From Octopus bimaculoides (Eukaryota): a stretch of 64,000 nt of DNA. The translations under genes and the position numbers were made by a program. Positions 39,984 to 52,879 of this stretch are shown here, one piece after another. The stretch is taken from positions 51,588,353 to 51,652,352 of the forward strand of contig NC_068986.1 in assembly GCF_001194135.2 (NCBI RefSeq). Reading direction: 5' to 3'. The notes beneath the pieces were generated by a model. The model was not told where the DNA came from. It saw only the letters and a list, made by a program, of their open reading frames with translations, and made no database searches. Numbering within the stretch: the first letter of the stretch is position 1; every line of letters starts with the position of its first letter.

Positions 39984-40942
39984 TTATTCTGGATTCTAAC
40001 ATTCTAAGTTCAAATCCAACTTTCTTTCTGGGGTCAATAAAATAAAATAGCAGTCAAGTCTTGGAACTGATCTGATTGATTGCCCCATTCCACCAAATCT
40101 GATGCCTGGTGTCTATGCAAGAAACCAATACCAACATTTTCAAAAAGAACCTGATCTATGGGTAGGAAAGAAAATAAACAAATGAAATGGCACAAAAGAA
40201 AGTATGAAGAGATTTAAATAATTATCATGTCTAAAGGACTTCAAACAGTGATTAAAAAACAATAAATAAATAAAGCTTCAAACCTAAGAAATCATTTTAA
40301 TAATTAGAAATACCAAAATATTTGTAGAAACTTGAGATAGAAAATTGATTCTAATGATAGTGTTCCCACCCACCCAAGCACCCATCCTTCCATCAATCAG
40401 TATATAGGCAGTGGTAATGTCATGTCTTGCATTAATGAAAACTCCAGTAGCCTGGTGGTTTGACATTCAAAGATATGGAATAAATAACGTACCTTACTTG
40501 AAAACAAGCAAGGGTTTTGGCATTTCAAAGGGTACAAGCTGTCGAATACCGCTTCTAGAAATCTCATCCAACACATGCCAGTGGTGTTAATCTCACATAT
40601 CGAAAAGGTCTATGAATGCCATAAACACAAAATTATAAAATAACGAGCCCACAAAGAAGCCACAAAATAGTTGCCAAACCCACTGAAAATAGCAACTTAA
40701 TAGCTTTGAATTACACTCTACTGTCTTAAAAAGAGAAGCTCATGTTAGATGATATAATCTTGGTATGAAATGCTCAAAGAAAGGATGGGATGGCTGGCTG
40801 ATTGTGGTTAACTGCAAAAGATGGACTTCAGTGATATATCTCTCCCCAACCTGACGGGTAATGAGCTGTATCATTAGAAAACCTAATTTTAAGATAATAT
40901 GAAGCAAACAGAATAATTCTAATTCCAAAGAAAAAATACAGA

Positions 40943-41737
40943 AACTGGAAAAGCACTCAGAGAGCGCAGACTTCTGCCAAGCAGCTCATTTTCACCCATA
41001 TACACGCATACTGAAAATCGCCCAATTTCCCAAATCAACGCCGGCAAAAAAATAACCTCCTTGGTGGGGGTAAAAAAAAATAACACAGCCATATGATTAA
41101 AAAACCCCTCTAAAAACAGGAATCATCTGAAGCAGTTAAAATACATCAATGACAACAGCAAGCTTGTTTCACCATACAACTAAAGAGAAACAACAATTAC
41201 TTAAAACTTGAGTGATACACACACAACATCATGGTTGGAAAAGTAACAGTCGGTTACGGTGACTTGTGGACGCCAATCCTGGTTCATGCAAACATGATCT
41301 AGCAGGCTTCCATAGTCGGTGGTGGGTTTTGGGATTAGTTGGTCGAACCCAAATTGGTTCATAGTTGTCAAGATCTCATGGTTAGGGGAATCAAGGAGAT
41401 CCACGTTGAAATCACCAAGAACGATGGTCACATGATTCCTTGGCAAAGATCTTATAAGATGATGCAGGCTGGTAAGGAAAGAGCAAGTGGTACAGAAGGA
41501 GATCTGTAAATGGTGATGATAACAAAAGAAAACTCCTTCAATAAACCATAAAAATTCCTGGATCACTACCAAAATTTCATCATCTGTTCCTTGTGTCCTT
41601 ACCAATTTTTCCTGCAAGTTTCATCAAATACCGTTAACAACTTTTTGAGTTATTTTGCACACAGAGGGACAGACGGAGGGATAGACAGACAAACCAATGC
41701 CGATGAAAACATAACCTCCTTCCTTGGTGGAGGTAAA
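40943..41737 (-). mobile_element. Helentron (endonuclease-encoding Helitron) deletion derivative
   Basis: 5' hairpin ACCTCC..GGAGGT (41714-41734) is followed on the minus strand by a GTCY-like core. Next is an APE endonuclease C-terminus IVLGDFNVDLL...PTTDYGSLLDHVCMN...CYFSNHDVVCVSLKF* (41201-41530) that ends in a stop with no RT after it. A second 5' hairpin is at 41054-41071, and the 3' subTIR plus palindrome GGCAGAAGTCTGCGCTCTCTGAGTGC is at 40953-40978. Confidence 0.75.
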
Positions 41738-43593
41738 AACACAGCATAGAGAACTTTATAAAAATATGAGAGAACCCAAAGCAATAATAAAAATCACATC
41801 CTAACTATTCTCTCTCAATCTTAATGTTAGAAAATGTTAATCATTCAGAAAAATATCAAAAGTTCAAAGCACCAGTGTTAAACTCTGGCTCTTGTAGCGT
41901 GAAGTAGAAGAGGAAGTTCTTTGGTTAGGAAGCTAGTCTGCAACAGAAACATTTTACCCAAGAGGGTTAGGTAATCTGTTTTCCAGTGAAGTAAACTGAC
42001 ACATATAAAATTGAATGTCTTGCCAGCAACAAACAAAATATCTGCCACACTACATATACTTGTGACCAATGAACAGTTGTCTCTTGCAATATCCATGCTA
42101 CTATTTCCCCCACAGGATAATATTCTGCTTTTGCAAGCCAGTCAGGGAGCTTTGATATAGTTGTTTGATCTATTCAAAATATCAGACAAATTTCCCTCAA
42201 ATCATACACAACCAGCTTAAAAATAAAAGTACCTTTTAGACAAAAAGACCAGATGACCATGGATGGAAGGTTTTTCAGATTGCTTAATCAAGATTCATTT
42301 TTAATTCTAGAAACTTATATCTTGAAACAGAAAATTAATGGCACCACAATAAAATGCACCTAGCACATTCTGTAAAGTGGTTGGTGAATGAACGAAAACA
42401 ACATAGAGTGGACTTTTGCAAAGGAACAAGATAACCTTGCTTCATGTTAGGAGAAAAGGAAATACATACAGAGCACTCTATGAAATAATTGGCAGTAGGA
42501 AGGATAACATGAGCTAAAAATGGATAATATGAGTAGGATGGGATTTGTGACTCTTCTACAAGTACAATAAATTTGAATAACTGGCAGAGTCCAAGATGAC
42601 CTGCCAGCCCATGCTAGCATAGAAAAGCATATGTCAAATAATGATAATAATGCATACACACAGAAATATGCTTGCGCATTAGTTTACAGGTTTGTAAATC
42701 TATTTAGATCATTTTGATCTCCTCGGAACTAATCTGATTAGTTCCAGAGGGATAAAAATGATCAAAACTGGTTTACAAATCCATAAAGTAGTGTATAAAT
42801 AAACATGTTTAACTCAAATTTTGTAAATGCTCTTGTTCCTTTAAACCAAATGAACACAGCCTGAAATGCACACTCACACATATACATATGTATACATACA
42901 CACAGAGACTTATTAATTATATCATTATGCATTACCTACTGTATAAATAAACACAGATTAAGTAGTAGTACAAAAATAAAATACCCAATTAAGACAATTT
43001 GTTTCTAATATCAATTTTAACAGAAGCATGGTTGATGGTGGAGACAAGAGGGCAAAAATGCCGAGTGGTATTTACTTACATCTCTTTATACTCTCAGTTC
43101 AAATCAAGTAGTGATCGATGTTGTCATTTATCTTCCCAGCTTTTATTGATTCAGTAGTACTTGAGTATTAGTGGGTAGTATAATCAACTATACCCACCCC
43201 CAACAATAAATAAATAAATAAATAGATAAACGTGGCCTTGTACCACCATCAAACTTCAGTATCAATTTTGATAGATTGAAAGTAAGATATAAACAAGTAA
43301 AGCGAAAAATCTGGGAAGGAGGGATTGCTCGAAGAAGCACTAGTCTGCACATTTTTTGGTTAACTAGTGATTAACTCATGCATATGGAATTATGATCAAG
43401 AACATTAAAACACACAAACACACACACATACACACACAACAAGCATAACAGAATAATATAGGATAAACTGAGTTAATAGCATTATTACTGGAGGTTTACA
43501 TCAAACAGCAATGCATATGGACAGATGCATTCATTATGGATAGATGCATTCAAATATACACAAACAAGCATAAATAAATAAAACACAGACATA

Positions 43594-43940
43594 AACAAGA
43601 GCACTCACAGAGTGCAAACCTCTGCCAAAGAAATACCAATGCCCTCTCAACGATTAACCAGAGATGATTTTTAAAATGAGAATATCTGAAATAAACTCGA
43701 CTGCTCTCTCAAACTAGAATACTAAAAATGAACCCAACTGCTCTCAAAAATTAAGTAAAAAGAAATGGAAAAATAGTCCAGAATCCCAAAATCTAATCAA
43801 TTTGTGCCAGTCATGAGGCCAAACATACATGAAAGTTTCATCAGAATCCATTCAGCAGCTCTTGAGATATCTTGTCCATGGACAAACAACAAACGCAACT
43901 GCAAACAATACCTCCGCCTTCGCTAAGGTGGAGGTAATAA
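43594..43940 (-). mobile_element. Non-autonomous Helentron-associated element (HINE/DINE-1-like)
   Basis: Hairpin ACCTCCGCC-TTCGCTAA-GGTGGAGGT at 43910-43935 and GCACTC-ACA-GAGTGC palindrome plus ACCTCTGCC subTIR at 43601-43626; same termini as 40943-41737. Confidence 0.75.
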
Positions 43941-43979
43941 ACGCATACACATTTGGATGTCTGTATATGTATGTGTGTA

Positions 43980-44019
<40 letters not shown>

Positions 44020-44024
44020 CATAT

Positions 44025-44365
44025 GTCTGACTGGCACCTGTACTGGTGGCGCATAAAAAGCACTGTTCAAGCATTGGGCCTCATGGAGGCAATGACAGAT
44101 AACCAAGACATTTGGTGATATACTGTGCTTGTGTAGACCTGTCAAACCAAGTGAGACTGTAGTCATAGGTGATGCCAGTGCTAGTGGCATGTAAAAAGAC
44201 TCCCACTGCACTCTCAAAGTGGCTGGTGATAGGAAGGGCATCCAACTGTAGAAACCTTGCCAAATCAGATCAGATCGGAACCTGGTGTAACCCCCAGCTT
44301 ACCAGTTTTCAGTCAAACCATCCAACCCCTGCCAGCATGGAAAGTGGATGTTAGATGATGATGAT
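44025..44365 (+). mobile_element. SINE/LINE-tail family D, long copy
   Basis: Aligns along its length with 62190-62560 and ends in GATGATGATGAT. Confidence 0.85.
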
Positions 44366-44759
44366 ATGAGTATGCATGTGTGTGTGTGTGTGTGTGAAAG
44401 TATATCATTTTCTACCTTGTTTTAGTCATTGGATAGCAACCATGCTGGTCCCTCATACTGGAAGTATTTACCTGGACTAACTAAACCCAGTACTTACTTT
44501 TAAGTCTTGTAATTACTCTTTCAGTTACTTTTGTTGTATTGCTAGATTACAGGAATATAAACAAGCCATTACCGGGTGTGGAGTGAGTGGGAGGCAAACA
44601 TCAAATAAATACATATTTACTTACACACAGATACATGTGTATAAATGAATGTATTGAAGCAGTGTGTCAGTGTGTGTATACATATGCACATTTTATACTG
44701 TGAATTAAATTGCATGACATACAATTACCATTTACAACACCATGTGCAGCATCGCTTTA

Positions 44760-45190
44760 TATTGCATGAGAAAGATATAAAGAGACCCAGAGATTCATAC
44801 TTGAAAAGAAAAAGGAAAATGAAAAAGGGTTCTTGACATTTCGAACATAGAGTCCTTCACCAGAAAAACAAAAAGGGAAAAAAAATGAGAAGGGTGGTGG
44901 AAAAGAGGGAAGAGAATAAAAGAAGAGAGGTCAGGGGCCATGTGGGAATGCAGTTCTATAGGGAGTTGCTAAGAAGAGAGGAAGAGGCAGGGAGTTATGT
45001 GCATATAAAGGAGAGCATCTGTGTAAGGAGATGGTTATAGAGAGAGGGGTATGAGTAGTGTAGGGTACAGGTGGTTGGCTGGGAGGGCTTGAGTGGGATG
45101 CGAATATGGTAATGGTGTGAGGGAAGCATGGAAGTAGAAGAAAATGAGGGAAACACTAGAGAAAATGGTGTAGTAGGTGAAACAAAACAA
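44760..45190 (-). mobile_element. Penelope-like element terminal region with hammerhead-like motif
   Basis: Long pyrimidine-rich minus strand followed by CTGGTGAAGGACTCTATGTTCGAAATGTC (44835-44863) and T-rich sequence, an arrangement typical of PLE ends. Confidence 0.55.
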
Positions 45191-45257
45191 TTAAGGTGAG
45201 TGTATGTGAGAGAGAGAGAGAAAGAGAGAGTGTATGTGTGTGTGATGTACATATATA

Positions 45258-45290
<33 letters not shown>

Positions 45291-47781
45291 GACCTCAATT
45301 AACAGATTTAATATTTAGTCTATATTGCAGTTTTACGACCATACATCTTGACACAAACAGTTACATAAGGCTATGGCTCTCGTAGCATGGTAGATAAAAA
45401 AAGAATATGCAGGTGACTTCCTAATCCACAGTTAGTCATACTAAAGAGCAGCTTGTATGCTAAATCAAAAGCGTTAATTAATATTCCAGGCAAATATAAT
45501 TACACTTTCAAAATATTAAATAAGTATGAAGCAAATGTTTGGCAACATCTATTGATTTTTTTCTATATATGTGATCACAGAAAATCACAATAAATGATAG
45601 TTTTTTTTTTTTTATAGACAAAGGCAAACTAGGATATTTTACATATTATATATTATTCACACCTCCATATGTGCATTTGTAGTTTGATACTATGCATTTA
45701 CATATGCAAAATATTTTCAGTGTTATTCTACACCTGTGAGAATTTCCAATATTTACTGAATTTATGAAATTAGATGAGCTGATATCTTCAATAATTTAGT
45801 CTAACTAAGAACAGGTTATAAGTACAACATCCGCATTAAATGTAATTAGATTAATTAGGTTTTAGTTCTCTGGCAACATGATTTACTCAGTAATATATTC
45901 ACTACACAGGTATTATTCTATTCATTAGCCAGTTCCAGTCACTTATATCAGTACCAGCAGTTTGTCTGATACTTAATTTTATTTCAACAGCCTCAAAAGA
46001 AGGAAAGACAAAGTTGACTTCAGAGTAGCATTTGAACTACAGGGCATAAAGAGCCATATTCAAGAGGATAGCTAGGCTAATGAGAGATGTTCAATAGCTC
46101 CTGAATATCAGAGATGCAAATGAAAGGAAATAACTATAACCTGTAATTGAAAATAAATCATATTTTCGTCGTATCATATTTTGTAAATGTTTTTTTTCCA
46201 CTTTCCTCCCATTTGTTACATATTTTACATAAACAATGGAGTAATGCAGTTTTAATTGTGCTAACTTTCAGGACGAGATCTTCACAAACCAATGAGGAGG
46301 ATCATGCGACTATTTAAGACTGGATAAAAGAGAGGGAATTGTGACAAGTGGAATGCTTTTGATCATAGTTCTGCTTTATCATGGCTGATCCAGGGTTAAA
46401 CAATAGCAATATCACCTTCATATAAGGATTCATGGGAAGACATAGTCAAGTTATCTTGCTTCCTATTTCTAATTGCATGAAAGCAGTGGTGGGCAATGAT
46501 GCTTGCTAATCAAATATTCTCTGATGAAACTTTGAGAAACACTGCCATCTGTGTGGGTTTTCTCCTAGTTCTCTTGTCTTTTCTGTCAATAAAGGACTAC
46601 ACTGTGCAACATGTCCTTCTTTAACATCTAAAAAATAAACTTATTAAGCAGTGAACTATGGGAAAGAAAAAAAAATAGTGAAAAATATATTTTAAACCTT
46701 TATAAGGAAAAGTGCAAGATATATAAAGTTTGCAAGGCGAAAGTGTTTTGAATTGCTCTCCTTACAATATAGAGGTTTCTTAAGTATACATGCTTATATC
46801 TGATTCTATATGCATATATGTGATTCTATATGCATATATGAGTGTGTATTGGTGGTGGGGACTGTATGTATGCATTCATAGCATACAAAGGCACAAAGAC
46901 TACTTCAGAAATTCTATGTCAACAACTGTCATTTGTTTGTGTGTACCTTTCTGCATGTATGTATGCATGCGCATGCCTTGTGAAAAATGCATGCATGGAA
47001 TTCTAAATATGGCGCAATGATTCCAGAAATTTGATGTCAGCAGCAGGCTATCTTATTACCATCTTTGATCTGGCAAGAAGTGTTCAGCCAAAGTGTTAAC
47101 GTTCATCTGTACATTTCTTAAGTTAAATATAAAACAAGTACTTTGAAGAGAAGGCAAGTGTCAGATGAAGCAAATGATCTCTTACAAATTAATGGAACAG
47201 GTTTGTGCTATACTGCACAGAACTGAAGCAAAGCTGGCAAACTGTCATAATTAAATGCAAAAACACCTACGGTATCATATGCTGATAATAGTCACTTCTG
47301 CTGGCAACCATAATTGGATACCACAAAAAAACATGATGCATATGATAACTTATATACACATAAGTGTAATAATGGCTTATTACATTTAAATATCTTGCAA
47401 ATTTCCATTTATTCAATATCTATTATGTTTTTTTAAACAATTGTTTAATGAAATATTTATTCTGAAATATTCAGAATTGTCTTAAAGTAAGCAGATACTT
47501 GCCATAGTGTCTATAGTCTGATTCCTAAAGATTGAACTAATCTATATTTATCGGATTAACGTGAGCTAACACATGCAAGATCATTAGAGACTTAAAATGT
47601 AGAAAAAAAAAGAAAAAAATCAAGAGTAAGATAGAAAATGAAAACAAAACATAGAAAAAAAAAGAAAACAAGAGCACTATGTTTACCTATATAAAATCAG
47701 TTAGATGGCTGAAGAAAATCATGTTTACTTGATCTGCTAGAAATAACAGTCAAATTGCCTTCAAGTTACACCCTACCTAGG

Positions 47782-48202
47782 CACAGGTGTGGCTGTGTGG
47801 TAAGAAGCTCGCTTCTCAACCACATGGTTCTGGGTTCAGCTCCACTATGTGGCACTTTGGCCAAGTGTCTTCTACTATAGCCTCAGGCCAACCAAAGCTT
47901 TGTGAGTGGAATTGGTAGACGGAAACTGAAAGAAGCCAGTTGTAAATATACATATATGTCTATATCTATGTGTGTGTGTATGTGTGTGTCTTTGTGTCCC
48001 CACCACCATCACTGCTTGAAAACCAGTGTTGGTGATTTTACGCCCCTGTAACTTAGCGGCTCAGCAAAAGAAACCAATAAAATAACTATTAGGCTTTAAA
48101 AAAACAAGTCCTGGTTGTCGATTTGTTTGCCTGAAACCCTTTAAGGCAGTGCTCCAGCAGGGCCACAATCGAATGACTGAGACAAGTAAAAGAATAAAAG
48201 AA
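47782..48202 (+). mobile_element. Composite SINE (A head + microsatellite + B tail), near full length
   Basis: GGTGTGGCTGTGTGGTAAGAAGCTCGCTTCTC...GACGGAAACTGAAAGAAGCC, TA/TG run, then ...GAATGACTGAGACAAGTAAAAGAATAAAAGAAT. Confidence 0.85.
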
Positions 48203-48394
48203 TACCCTTTCAAAAAAGAAGAAAACATTGAATAAAGTAATCCTACACTTACTAAATGGTCATGGCTATGATGCTTTTGATCAAGAGTGACCTAGGGCTA
48301 AATAACATCTACAGAAACCAGCAATCATGTGTCTTTGTTGTCTTTTTTTCAGCTTACTCTGAAATGGGGGAGGGGGATACTATTAGAAAAATGT

Positions 48395-48832
48395 TTAACC
48401 TTTCAGCATTCAACCCTTTAGCATTTAAACCAATCATATCTGGTCCAAATATGCTACCTGTTTTTTATGTTCTAACCGGCCAGATCCAGTTTATCACACT
48501 TACCCTTCAATGCCATTCTAAAAATATACTACATCATCAAAATTTCACAGCTATGAAATAATGCATGATTAATTAAAAACAATGTGGATGAAAGAAAAAG
48601 CGTTATATTTGATGGAGTAATCTCAATGCTAAAGGGTTAAACCAGTTATATCAGGCCCAAATAGTCTACTTGTTTTATGTTCAAACAGGCTAGATCCAGC
48701 CTCTCACCCTACAATATCATTCTAAAAATTAACAATTACATCATCAAAATCTCAAAACTACAAAATAATGCATGATCAGTTCAACAGTGTGATTAATTAA
48801 GCATTACATTTGAGTAATATGAACACTAAAGA
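48395..48832. mobile_element. Nested pair of piggyBac-type MITEs (family E inside family E)
   Basis: Inner copy 48414-48636 (CCCTTTAGCATT...AATGCTAAAGGG), flanked by TCAA and TTAA. The outer copy starts TTAACCTTTCAGCAT at 48395 and resumes ACCAGTTATATC at 48641. Confidence 0.8.
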
Positions 48833-48969
48833 CTGATAACTCGAAACGAGGTGTTAAACCCATGGCAGAAAAAAACTAGAATTTTCTAATAGCATGTTTG
48901 TTGCAATATCACATCATTTTATATCAAGACAATGATATTCCTAAATTAGAATGATCAGTCCAGTTAATA

Positions 48970-49405
48970 TAATCCTTTCTACTATAAGTACAAGGCCTGA
49001 AATTTGTGGGGAGGGGTTAAGTCAATTACAATGACCCAGTACTCAATTGGTACTTAATTTATCGACCCCAAAAGGACAAAAGACAAAGTCAACCTCAGCA
49101 GAACTTGAACTCAGAACGTAGCAATAGGAGAAATACTGCTACGCATTTTGCCCGGAGTGCTAACGATTCTTATTTCTTTATTGCCCACAAGGGGCTAAAC
49201 ATAGAGGGGACAAACAAGGACAGACAAAGGGATTTAGTCGATTACATCGACCCCAGTACGTAGCTGGTACTTAATTTATCAACCCTGATAGGATGAAAGG
49301 CAAAGTTGACCTTAGCGGAATTTGAACTCAGAAAATAACGGCAGACGAAATACTGCTAAGCATTTCATCCAGTGTGCTAACGATTCTGCCAGCTCACCGC
49401 CTTCA
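48970..49405 (-). mobile_element. Two tandem tRNA-head SINE family C copies
   Basis: Two GAAAGGCAAAGT(T/C)GAC(C)T.AGC.GAA(T/C)TTGAACTCAGAA-like blocks at about 49075-49120 and 49290-49335. Confidence 0.85.
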
Positions 49406-51731
49406 GTCCAATCAATATAATATAAACTATTTTTGATAACCACTTTGTCTTCTTCACATTCAAGAATAACTAAGACGACAAATAATATATGCATGCTCAT
49501 CAGTCTATTAGAAATATATATCCAGAATCTTTCAATCTTGATAAAAATTAAAATCAGTGGATTAAAAGCAGCATCATTAATTCAGCTTATGGCACTAATA
49601 TTCTTATTTATACAATTGGTATGTAAAAAAGAATAACTTTTATGATTTAAGTCACAATTTAATGTGTGAAATGAGAAAAAAGTTCAGAGTTTGCCTTTAA
49701 TGAAAATGAATCAAGCTTGAAATATACAGCAGTATATTCTCATAAATAGTAAAAGGTAAATAATAATAATAGTCAATGTTTAATATGCTTGCCATCAACA
49801 ACTACAGGAGACTTCTCCAGATGCATATCATCATCGGTTTAATGACCACATTTCCATGCTTGTATGGGTTAGATGGAATTTTGCTGAGGCAGATTTTCTA
49901 TACCCAAATGGCCCTCCTGTCACCAGCCCTCACCTGTTTCCAAGTAAGATAATAATCCTCAATGACCAGGCATGTTTACAGAAGATGAAAAAGAAGGGCT
50001 TCTTGCATGATAGTGGCATTCATTTACAACTACCACACAATGTCATTGCAAGGAGACAGTAACACACATGGATATGTGTATGTAAGTATACATATATATA
50101 ACAGGCTTCTTTCAGTTTCCATCAACCAAATCTTTGGTCACTCCAGAAGCTATATCAGAAGACATTTGCCCAAGGTGCCACATAGCATGATTAAACTTGG
50201 AACCATGTGGTTGGGAAGCAAGCTTCTTGCCACACATCTATACCTATGTCTCTCTCTCTCTCTCTCTCTGCATGTATGTATGTATATATATATACAGACA
50301 TACAAATAATGAAAGAAATGAGGCTCCATATATGTTGTAGAATATAATTGTGTACAGCTAGTTCTTCCCTTTGTTGCTTTTCATATTTTTCAGCTGTATT
50401 TGATGTATGTATGTATGTAAATAATATATGTGAATATTAAAAGATTTTAGTCAATATTATCTTTTGACCATTCAATTCTAGCTTAGAACTGTCTACAGTC
50501 GCAGAAGTTTGCCGTCCATATTACATCTAAGACTAAATTTCTAATTTGCTTTAAATGATTCTATGAAATGCCTCCATATACTGTTTATACTAAATTGGTA
50601 GAGATTTATCAGAAGAAGCAATATAAATAAGAACATAAATTTCTCTAAGGATTTCTGAGAAATAGTTTAGAGAGTAAACCAACGGAAACCAATCACAAAC
50701 TCTTCTTTTACTCACTGTTTCTCAATCAAATTTAAGGTGTCGGTCACTTTAGTTACTGATGTGTAATGTTCATCATTTGAAAGTCAGTTTAACTTGCATA
50801 TTGGAAAACAGAACAAAAACAAAAATCTGTTTTATCTCGGTGATCGCAGAGTTCAGTTCTGGCCAACAGCTAGTTAAGCCAATTCCCCTCTACCATTCTA
50901 ACTGTACATGAGCAGAAGCAGATTATTAGTTGATATAGAAAAGACAAGTAGATTGAACCACTTTACAAAGAGGGCAATATCTACTGTCACTTGTGAAACA
51001 AGATGAGAGAGGTCCATATGTCACTTATGGCTGATTAGCTGATGAAAAAAAAAATTTTTCTAACACCTGATTGAGGAATGATATTTAGAATATACTCAAA
51101 AGCAGATCTAAAATCTAAATAAAATATATAAATAAACATAACATGAAGTTACAGGGGTTATGTGAAAGCCAAGATTAGGAAAGAAAAAAGATTACCTTAG
51201 AGAAAGAGAAAATATACTGAACAAAATCTAAAAGTGAATGAGGTATATTTGGCGATGAGTAAGATATCTTCAAAAGAAATGATTCAACATGAGAATATAA
51301 TTTTTGCACAAAATAATCTTTGTAATGATCTTAGAATGTATAAAGACAGCATATATTCCTTCATATCTATGTAATGTTAGATAGGATTCTTGTTTGTTCC
51401 AACATGACTTGTATGAAGAAAATAAAAAACCTACAAACGTAAGCTATATATGTAAACATACATACATGCATTATATACATACAAATAGTCAACATTATAC
51501 ATTGATTATAAGTTTCTTTTTCCAGCATACTAAGTTTATGACCTGGTTTCTATTTCTGATTAGAACTACTTCACTTTTCATCCTCAGTAAAATGGCCTTA
51601 GAAAAGGCCTGCTTGAAAGTCATTGACATCATAAGAGTTAATCACATCAAACAATGGTAGTTAATTACATACAAAGAGCTAAACAACTTTCTTGTATGCC
51701 TAAATACTTAACTATATACAAGCATGAATTT

Positions 51732-51766
<35 letters not shown>

Positions 51767-52199
51767 CACACACATATTATATCTATATATATATAATTAC
51801 ATACATGTATGTGTGGGAGTTGCAGAACTGTTAAGGCTATATAAAGGACAGCCGTTATTAAATCTTCAGAGGAAGTCCTCTAACAAAAGAATGTATGTAA
51901 TATAGAGATTAGGGAATAAATGACAAAGTAATGGACAGAAAGCTTAACATTAATGGAAATTTATTGCTCTCTGGAGAGCGACGTATTTGAAACAATATAA
52001 TACTCTCTTACATCAGTAAACATACTAAACATAAGGAAACTCAGAGAGAAAGGAAATAACACATATTAAGAGTAAAAAGGCAAACAGTTTTAAATGTGCA
52101 AAACAACATAAAATTGCATGATTTTGCAGCATTTAACAGAATTAGAAGATTAAGTATTGTGATAATAAGATAAAAGCAAAAATTCAAAGAACTCAATAG

Positions 52200-52540
52200 C
52201 CACCATTAAGTAAATCTAATTCTTATACAGCCATCACATTTGTATGCTTACATAAGTTGGCAGGATTTGTAATACAGCATAATTTTATGTGGTTATTTCT
52301 TTAATGCACTGAATGACCTTCAGCATTAGCTGCATGCAGAGAGTAACCAATGAGCAACTCTTATACTAACCTCCCCACTAAATGACTAATGACATAGCAG
52401 GAAGTCAGCTGCAGCTTGTTGGGCACTGTCTGAATTACCAAGGGGTAATCAATCATCTGCCAAAATTGTCATTTCAGAACCAACCCACTACTACAATGAA
52501 TTGTGAGCATCTTTCCAAAACCATGATCAAGATTGACAGA
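52200..52540 (+). mobile_element. RTE-clade LINE ORF2 C-terminal relic
   Basis: Frameshifted peptide ISCMQRVTNEQL..TNLP...DIAGSQLQLVGHCL resembles the RTE C-terminal pattern ISW..H.TNEELY..LP......R.L...GHC. Confidence 0.6.
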
Positions 52541-52564
52541 GACAAGTATCTTTTATTATTATCT

Positions 52565-52740
52565 TGTCAAGGTAGCAAGCTGGCAGAATCATTAGCACAT
52601 TGGGCAAAATGTTTAGTAGCATTTTCTTTGTCTGCACATTCTGAGTTCAAATTCATATGAGGTTGACTTTGCCTTTCATCCTTTCAGGGCTGATAAAATA
52701 AATACCAGTTGAGCACTGGAGTCAATGTAATTGTACCAAA
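52565..52740 (+). mobile_element. tRNA-head SINE family C
   Basis: AGCTGGCAGAATCATTAGCAC...GAGTTCAAATTC...GACTTTGCCTTTCATCCTTTCAGGGCTGATAAAATAAATACCAG. Confidence 0.8.
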
Positions 52741-52879
52741 ATTTGAAGCCATTATCACCTTCACTCAAGCTTTGTGAATGAATGCATGTTTTGGTCAAAC
52801 TGTCCAACACATGCCAGCATGGACAATGGATATATGATGATGATGATGATGATTTTATATATATATATATATATATATA

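Noticed and set aside
46801-46840. Perfect 20-bp tandem duplication TGATTCTATATGCATATATG x2
   Set aside because: Ordinary replication slippage in AT-rich DNA.
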